Shown here: piece by piece, positions 58,252-64,000 of the stretch
Layout: the number at the start of each line of letters is the position of its first letter
How positions within the stretch are numbered: the first letter of the stretch is position 1
From: Nanobdellota archaeon
GTDB taxonomy: Archaea > Aenigmatarchaeota > Aenigmatarchaeia > Aenigmatarchaeales > SZUA-1535
Reading direction: 5' to 3'
DNA length: 64,000 bases
NCBI GenBank assembly: GCA_015661515.1
Contig: DQVX01000016.1
Coordinates: 7 to 64,006, forward strand
Notes under the pieces: model-generated
Database searches by the model: none
Seen by the model: the letters and a program-made list of their open reading frames with translations, nothing else
What the model was told of the DNA's origin: nothing
Made by a program: the position numbers and the translations under genes

Positions 58252-58758
58252 TTATAGCCGTACATTGTTTTTGTATTCATCGTAGAACTTTATGTTTATT
58301 GGTGTAATTCCAAGTCTTGCAATTTCTATTTCATTGCCTAAATCTCTTACATAGTAATGTATTTTTGAAACAAAACGGGAAACTTTTGTGCCTGTTATTC
58401 TTTTGTCATATTCACCATTTGGCTTTATGCTTACATAGTATAAGTCCTGTAATGAATTAAAACTTGGTTCTCTGCCGAAAATATATTCCTTTCCTTTTTT
58501 TAAAGATGATCTGAAATGTCCGGAATACATTACTTTTGGATAAAAACTTGCCAAAATTCTGTCGTCCACGCTTTTAATTACAAAAGGCTCTTCTTTGCTG
58601 ACATACGCTGTTTTCCACTCTTCTTTATATTTCTTGACATAGTCTAGATCTGTTGGTAGCGGTATTCCCATTTTCTCTACTTTTTCTTTTAGTTCCTCAA
58701 ACCTATCAAATCCCAACTCTATTTTCACTTTCATAACTATATAGTAGTAAATTCTCAT
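58252..58758 (-). CDS. hypothetical protein (start probably the internal Met 'MKVKIELGF')
   Basis: ORF only. Confidence 0.35.
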   Translation of the reverse strand: MRIYYYIVMKVKIELGFDRFEELKEKVEKMGIPLPTDLDYVKKYKEEWKTAYVSKEEPFVIKSVDDRILASFYPKVMYSGHFRSSLKKGKEYIFGREPSFNSLQDLYYVSIKPNGEYDKRITGTKVSRFVSKIHYYVRDLGNEIEIARLGITPINIKFYDEYKNNVRL

Positions 58759-58819
58759 ATAAATACTTTTCGGTAGGATTTAGAAATTTTTTAATTTCTA
58801 ACGTATCGAATTTAGTAAT

Positions 58820-59572
58820 ATGAGGAAGAGAAATAGAAAAATAAAAGCACTGGGTCAGCATTTTATTATAGATGAATCTATATTTGAAAGGGAATGTAAG
58901 TACGCTTTGTTAAATAAAAAAGATGTTGTTTTAGAAATAGGAGCTGGAGATGGTAGATTAACAAAAGTTATTTCTAAATATGCTGGAAAAGTTATAGCAA
59001 TAGAAAAGGATAAAGATCTTGTTGAGCTTGCGAGATATAATACAGGAAAAAATGTAAAAGTAATTCATGCAGATGCTCTTGAAATTAAATTTCCAGAATT
59101 CAGTAAAATAGTTTCAAACATACCATATTCAATTTCTTCAAAGATACTTGAAAAAATTTTTAAGTATAAATGGGAAGTTGCTGTGCTTACATTTCAAAAA
59201 GAATTTGCGCTTAGATTTTTTGCAAAACCAGGTGAAAGAAATTATTCAAGATTAACAGTAATGGTTAATTATTATTCTATTCCAGAGCTTTTAGAAATAA
59301 TTCCAAAAAGTAAATTCTATCCTAAACCACAAGTGGATTCGGTAATAGTTAGACTAAAAAGAAAAAAAGTGCCAGAACTTCCACAAGATTTTTGGGATAT
59401 GCTTAGAATACTTTTTACTCATAAGAAAAAGCTCGTAAAAAACTCTTTTGAAGATGCAAAAGTCAAAATTTCTCTTCCTAAACATCTTGCCTATAAGCGT
59501 GTTTTTCAATGCACAATAGAAGATTTTCTTGAAATATATAAATATTATAAAGCTATTCTTCCTCCTCCATGA
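58820..59572 (+). CDS. ksgA: 16S rRNA (adenine1518/1519-N6)-dimethyltransferase KsgA/Dim1
   Basis: 'LGQHFIID', 'VLEIGAGDGRLTK', 'VVSNIPYSISS'. Confidence 0.85.
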   Translation: MRKRNRKIKALGQHFIIDESIFERECKYALLNKKDVVLEIGAGDGRLTKVISKYAGKVIAIEKDKDLVELARYNTGKNVKVIHADALEIKFPEFSKIVSNIPYSISSKILEKIFKYKWEVAVLTFQKEFALRFFAKPGERNYSRLTVMVNYYSIPELLEIIPKSKFYPKPQVDSVIVRLKRKKVPELPQDFWDMLRILFTHKKKLVKNSFEDAKVKISLPKHLAYKRVFQCTIEDFLEIYKYYKAILPPP

Positions 59573-59768
59573 GATAAGAAGCTGCTGAAATCCAAAACAT
59601 ACCACCTATTAATATAAGAACAAAAGCTATTACATAAGAAATTATAACTCCAGTAGAAGTAGCACCTAAAACATATGGATCTACAGCACCTGCTATTAAA
59701 CTTCCTAAAAATACAAAAATACTACCAATAATCCAAAAGCCTATAGTTTTACTATAGTTTGTTGGCAT
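59553..59768 (-). CDS. small membrane protein (71 aa)
   Basis: Two TM helices. Confidence 0.3.
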   Translation of the reverse strand: MPTNYSKTIGFWIIGSIFVFLGSLIAGAVDPYVLGATSTGVIISYVIAFVLILIGGMFWISAASYLMEEEE

Positions 59769-59861
59769 TTAATTAAATTGTTTAAGAAAACTTTATAAAC
59801 TTTTTTAAATAACTATTCCTAACAATTAGTTCAATATTAACTATGCTTACTTGGTGATACT

Positions 59862-60320
59862 ATGGCAAGAATGTATGCTAGAAAAAAAGGAAAATCTGGT
59901 AGTAAAAAACCTTTAACAAAAGCTACATGGGTAGAATACACTCCAGAAGAAGTTGAACAATTAGTTGTTAAATTAGCTAAAGAAGGTTATTCTTCTGCGA
60001 TGATAGGGCTAATACTTCGTGATCAATATGGTATTCCTTCTGTGCGGGATATAACTGGGAAAAAAATAACTAAAATTCTTGCTGAACATGGATTAGCTCC
60101 TAAAATCCCTGAAGATTTATTTAACTTATTGAAAAAAGCTGTGAACTTAAGAAAACACCTTGAAGTTCATCGCAAAGATAAGCATTCTCGCAGAGGTTTA
60201 GAGCTTTTAGAATCTAAAATTAGAAGGCTTGCTGAATATTATATAAGAAAAGGTAAGCTTCCAAAAGATTGGAAATATGATCCTGAGAAAGCAAAGATTT
60301 GGGTACAAACAGGTGGTTAA
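59862..60320 (+). CDS. rps15: 30S ribosomal protein S15 (uS15, S13e-type)
   Basis: '[17 protein letters not shown]' N-terminus and C-terminal S15 fold '[18 protein letters not shown]'. Confidence 0.85.
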   Translation: MARMYARKKGKSGSKKPLTKATWVEYTPEEVEQLVVKLAKEGYSSAMIGLILRDQYGIPSVRDITGKKITKILAEHGLAPKIPEDLFNLLKKAVNLRKHLEVHRKDKHSRRGLELLESKIRRLAEYYIRKGKLPKDWKYDPEKAKIWVQTGG

Positions 60321-60905
60321 ATGGCGAAAAAAAGGCAAAAAAGTGCACAAAGAAAATGGAAAGGAAAGGAATGGTATACAATTTATGTTCCAAAATGGCT
60401 TGGAGATATTGTAGTAGGTGAAACTCCTGCAGGAAGTAAAGAAGCTGTTATAGGAAGAACAGTAGAAGTGAGCCTTTTTGAGCTTACAAACGATCCTATA
60501 AGATATTATCTTACTTTAATATTCAAAATAAATCAAGTAAATGGAACAAATGCTTATACAATTTATCATGGCCATTATTGTACAAGAGACTTTATTGCAA
60601 GAATTGTACAAAAAAGAACAACAAGAATAGATACAAACGAAGTTTTTCAATTTAAAGATGGAAAATTAAGAATAAAAACTATTACTATTACTAATGGAAG
60701 AGCTTGTTATAGAGTACAAAAAACAATAAGAAAACTTATAAACAGCTTTCTTGAAAATTATTCCAAAGATAAAAAAATAGAAGATTTTGTAAAAGATATG
60801 ATTGCAGGAAAACTTCAAGAAAAAATTCTAAAAGAAATAAAAACTGTTTACCCAATAAAAGTTTTTGAATTTAATAAAACTCATGTTATTGAATATTCTT
60901 CCTGA
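60321..60905 (+). CDS. rps3ae: 30S ribosomal protein S3Ae (eS1)
   Basis: 'KGKEWYTIYVPKWLGDIVVGET' N-terminal block typical of archaeal S3Ae; 194 aa; start abuts the rps15 stop. Confidence 0.75.
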   Translation: MAKKRQKSAQRKWKGKEWYTIYVPKWLGDIVVGETPAGSKEAVIGRTVEVSLFELTNDPIRYYLTLIFKINQVNGTNAYTIYHGHYCTRDFIARIVQKRTTRIDTNEVFQFKDGKLRIKTITITNGRACYRVQKTIRKLINSFLENYSKDKKIEDFVKDMIAGKLQEKILKEIKTVYPIKVFEFNKTHVIEYSS

Positions 60906-61804
60906 AGATTTTTTATAAGTTCTATAATTTTTGTGCCTGTATATAGCTCTTGCACAGTAGCACCAGCAGCAACTTTATGACCACCACCATTAAGCATTTC
61001 TGCTATTTTCTTTACATTAACTCCTGTTTGTGTTCTTAACTCTATTTTAGTGCTAACACCTTTTTCAGAAACTCTATAACAAATAACAGCTATTATATCA
61101 AAAGGTGCTTCTTCATGTTCAGAGAGTTTTTCAGTAATAGCATATACAGGAAGGAATTTAGTAGATTCATATATAGCTATTTTCATTCCATTTATACTTT
61201 CTATTTTTATTTTTTGCACTACTTCATTAAGCGAGTTTTCTATAAATTCATTAAATTCTTGAATTAATTTTGCATAATTTTCATTTGTTTGCATTTCTTC
61301 TATTCCCTTAAATGCTATTTCTTTTGAAATTTCTCTTAATTTAGAATTAAGTTCCTTTTTTCCATTAAATTTCCATTTTATTGCGCCTATAAGATTTCTA
61401 AGAAATTCTGCTTCCGAAGATTTTATTGAGTTTGTATCTATTTCATTAGCTATTTCTATAATTCCATCCTTTATACCAAAATACTCTGCCACAACTTGTG
61501 TTGCAGAAGGATAAGGTTTAATAATTATCTCCATGTTTTCAAATTTATCTTCAGGTTCCCATGAATGGTGATCTATCCATACTACTTTTTTCCATGCAGA
61601 TGCTATTCTTACTGTTTCTCTTGTTCCTGCAAGATCGAAAATATAGAGCTCATCTAAAGCTCTTTTTATCATGCTTCTGCATAAAGTATCTTTTAAAGCA
61701 GCCGGAGAAGTAAAAATTACTGGGATTTTTGAATTTTGTTTAGCTTTATAAAAAACTGCTACAGAACAAACACCATCTGCATCTCCATGAGAAAGTATTA
61801 ACAT
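60881..61804 (-). CDS. DHH-DHHA1 phosphoesterase (NrnA/RecJ-like nanoRNase)
   Basis: 'LILSHGDADGVCS' motif I, 'DHHS' motif III, C-terminal 'GGGHKVAAGA' DHHA1 motif. Confidence 0.65.
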   Translation of the reverse strand: MLILSHGDADGVCSVAVFYKAKQNSKIPVIFTSPAALKDTLCRSMIKRALDELYIFDLAGTRETVRIASAWKKVVWIDHHSWEPEDKFENMEIIIKPYPSATQVVAEYFGIKDGIIEIANEIDTNSIKSSEAEFLRNLIGAIKWKFNGKKELNSKLREISKEIAFKGIEEMQTNENYAKLIQEFNEFIENSLNEVVQKIKIESINGMKIAIYESTKFLPVYAITEKLSEHEEAPFDIIAVICYRVSEKGVSTKIELRTQTGVNVKKIAEMLNGGGHKVAAGATVQELYTGTKIIELIKNLQEEYSIT

Positions 61805-61856
61805 AATTTCTTTTAGAATGATGAAGTTTAAATATTTGAAAAACTAAAACAATCAC

Positions 61857-62261
61857 ATGGTGTATTTTTCAGAAGTTAGAATAAAAACACAACCTAAGAA
61901 TTTTTATGTTTTAACACATAAAATCCAAGAAATTGTTGAAGAAAGCGGTGTTAAAGATGGTTTATGTATTTTATTCCTTCCAAGTACAACTTCATTTATT
62001 CTTCTTCAGGAAAATTGCGACTTACTTAAAGAAGATTTTAAAAAACTTTTTGAAAAATTAGCTAGCGAAAATAAAATTTATGAGCATCCAGACAATGCAC
62101 ATTCTCATTTGCTTACAGGAATTTTCGGAGGAGAAAGAATAATTCCGATAAAAGATGGGCGATTAGATTTAGGAACATGGCAAGATATTATTTTTTATGA
62201 AGCTGATGTAAAACCGAGAGAAAGAATAATTAAAGTCATAATCATCGAATTAGAACTATAA
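61857..62261 (+). CDS. yjbQ: YjbQ/UPF0047-family protein (secondary thiamine-phosphate synthase-like)
   Basis: 134 aa; 'HSHLLTGIFG' and 'DGRLDLGTWQDIIFYEAD' conserved blocks. Confidence 0.75.
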   Translation: MVYFSEVRIKTQPKNFYVLTHKIQEIVEESGVKDGLCILFLPSTTSFILLQENCDLLKEDFKKLFEKLASENKIYEHPDNAHSHLLTGIFGGERIIPIKDGRLDLGTWQDIIFYEADVKPRERIIKVIIIELEL

Positions 62262-63146
62262 AATTATTTTCATACCATCCTTAGCTACTGTTGCTTTTGA
62301 AAAATATTTTTTTGCTTTTTTTACGAGCTCAGAATGGTTTTTATATCTTTTACTTATATGCGTGAGAATAAGCTTTTTTACTTTATATTTTTTTGCAAGC
62401 TCACAAACTTCTTTAAAAGAAGAATGTGCTCTACCTTCTACTGGCTCAACAAAAGTAGCATCATGTATAAGCACAGAATTAGAAGCTTTTTCAAATAATT
62501 TTTCAACAGGTAAAGTATCTCCAGAATAAACTATTCTCCTCCCCTCTATTTTTCTTGCTACTTCACTAATTTCAATAATTTTTCCATCAATTTTAATTTT
62601 TCCTTTTTCTTTTAGTAATTGAATTTTGTCTTCCGGTATTCCAAGTTTTTTAATTTTAGAAGGAATTATTTTCCAATGATCTTTTTCTTGAAATATATAT
62701 CCAACTGCAGGAACTGAATGAACAACAGGCAAAGAAAAAATTTCATACTTTTTTTCTTTAACAATTTTTTGTTCTTCTTCTATGGAAACATCAATAGGTT
62801 TTATTTTAAATCCAAAACTCCAATAGCTAAGTTCTAAAATTGTTTCTACAAACCTTTCTGCTTCAGGAGCATATATTTCAAGCATTTTTTTCCTTCCAAG
62901 CATGTGTAAGGTTTCTATTAATGGTATTAGCCCAGCAAAATGATCTGCATGCCAATGAGTTATAAATACTCTTTTTATTTTCATTGGTGATATACCTGCT
63001 TTTTGCAAACCTAATTGGGCGCATTCTCCACAGTCAAAAAGCATATAATCGCCTTCATATTTAATAAGAATTGCAGGATGCTTCCTTTCTAAAGTAGGTA
63101 TTGCAGAACCGCTTCCTAAAATAATTATTTCTATTGGTACAGGCAT
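62256..63146 (-). CDS. rnz: ribonuclease Z (tRNA 3' endonuclease, metallo-beta-lactamase fold)
   Basis: 'ITHWHADHFAGL' HxHxDH motif, 'VVHSVP' and 'LTHIS' downstream His ligands; 296 aa. Confidence 0.7.
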   Translation of the reverse strand: MPVPIEIIILGSGSAIPTLERKHPAILIKYEGDYMLFDCGECAQLGLQKAGISPMKIKRVFITHWHADHFAGLIPLIETLHMLGRKKMLEIYAPEAERFVETILELSYWSFGFKIKPIDVSIEEEQKIVKEKKYEIFSLPVVHSVPAVGYIFQEKDHWKIIPSKIKKLGIPEDKIQLLKEKGKIKIDGKIIEISEVARKIEGRRIVYSGDTLPVEKLFEKASNSVLIHDATFVEPVEGRAHSSFKEVCELAKKYKVKKLILTHISKRYKNHSELVKKAKKYFSKATVAKDGMKIIL

Positions 63147-63182
63147 AATAAATATATGAAAAAAGGATTTAAAGAAATTTTA

Positions 63183-63974
63183 TTACTCATCACAGCTTCT
63201 TTGAGAGACTATTATTCCTAATGGATTAATTAAAACTGCTGTATCTCCCTTATTGTTCCAAGTAATTCCTGTTACACTACTATCAAATTTTATACTTTCT
63301 CCTGGTTTCAATATGATATCTTCAAATTCATAAGACTTTGTATTAGTACCTTCCATATCCTTTAGTACATATCCTCTAAGGTTAACAGGTACAATGCCTG
63401 TGTTTGTTATTTCTACATATTCTTTTTCTTTACTTCCACTACAATTAAGATATGTAATTTCAACTTTTCTAACACCTGTGATTTCTTCTGTGGAAATTTT
63501 AAGCAATTCTACTTCTTGATAAAGTATTTGTTCACTTTCTCTTAGTATTTCAATTAAAGCATTCTTAGGCAAATATCCAGAAATTTGAGTTGAATTTTTC
63601 CCGTCTTGAGAAATAAATGTTATACTTCCATAAGGTGTTTTCAAATAACTTTCTATTCTGAAAGGAGTTGTATTTATCTTAAGATATTTTTCAGGTTCCC
63701 AAAGCTCATAAACTTTTTCTGAAGAAGAATACATAACCTTAACTTTTCTTCCTATTCTAAAAACTTCTCCTTCAAATTTTTCTGGAGAAATAGAAAATGT
63801 AAATTTACCATAAGGAGTTAAATATGTATAAACAACTTTTTCTCCAAGATGTTCTTTTTTAATTGAATAATAATCGCTATAATTATTTTCTACAAAACTT
63901 GAATTCAAAGAAAAAGCTAAACCTGAAATATCTCTATTATCTAAAGTTATATTTCCTGAAATTAAAGGAATCAT
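63183..63974 (-). CDS. secreted protein with C-terminal lamin-tail (LTD) domain
   Basis: 'YVEITNTGIVPVNLRGYVLKDMEGTNTKSYEFEDIILKPGESIKF' matches the LTD consensus (yVEl.N.g...vdLsGw.L.d.....y.fp...l.pG). The N-terminus may extend past the window edge. Confidence 0.5.
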   Translation of the reverse strand: MIPLISGNITLDNRDISGLAFSLNSSFVENNYSDYYSIKKEHLGEKVVYTYLTPYGKFTFSISPEKFEGEVFRIGRKVKVMYSSSEKVYELWEPEKYLKINTTPFRIESYLKTPYGSITFISQDGKNSTQISGYLPKNALIEILRESEQILYQEVELLKISTEEITGVRKVEITYLNCSGSKEKEYVEITNTGIVPVNLRGYVLKDMEGTNTKSYEFEDIILKPGESIKFDSSVTGITWNNKGDTAVLINPLGIIVSQRSCDE

Positions 63975-64000
63975 TATTAAGCTAGATATAACAAAAGCTA

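Noticed and set aside
61810-61850. 'ATGATGA' box-C-like heptamer between the DHH gene and yjbQ
   Set aside because: No downstream CUGA box D or C'/D' pair at appropriate spacing. It is more likely part of the divergent promoter region.
1-64000. CRISPR arrays, rRNA genes, IS elements/transposases, integrases
   Set aside because: No regularly spaced direct repeats, no rRNA-like GC-rich blocks and no transposase or integrase-like ORFs were seen. The only notable repeat is the tRNA-Lys 3' duplication.

Overview
AT-rich (about 30% GC) archaeal chromosomal segment. The lineage cannot be named from sequence alone, but a small-genome archaeon with a relaxed-specificity tRNA-splicing endonuclease (DPANN-like or TACK-like) is plausible. 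Most of the window is housekeeping. Translation and ribosome: rps2, rps15, rps3ae, rps26e, glyS, gltX, SRP54, Pelota, prefoldin beta, KsgA, RNase Z, deoxyhypusine synthase. RNA modification: fibrillarin, Pus10, Bud32. Nucleotide and C1 metabolism: cmk, pyrH, glyA. Proteases: S2P, M28, M48 fragment, TldD/TldE. DNA repair: NreA-like, NurA, Ogt, endonuclease IV-like. Others: a P-type ATPase, an MFS transporter, an APC permease, a thioredoxin/CcdA pair and a FlaI/FlaH ATPase pair. The most unusual signal is in the six tRNA genes, all with encoded CCA. Five of them carry an intron inside the T-loop (about position 59/60) with a shared 'GAAAC|T'-like 3' junction. Two of them (Met-CAT and Lys-TTT) additionally carry a canonical 37/38 intron. 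The long 37/38 intron of tRNA-Met contains a textbook box C/D sRNA whose guides are complementary to its own tRNA. The 3' part of tRNA-Lys is duplicated 188 bp downstream as an att-like repeat bracketing a strongly RBS-driven Cys-rich mini-ORF. Other points of interest: a translationally coupled four-gene operon (unknown 514 aa, split TIM-barrel 533 aa, TldD, TldE); a 431-aa protein with degenerate tandem ThyX-like domains; a frameshift-decayed CARDB-type surface protein pseudogene; a decayed non-coding island after gltX; and several unannotated small zinc-ribbon ORFs.
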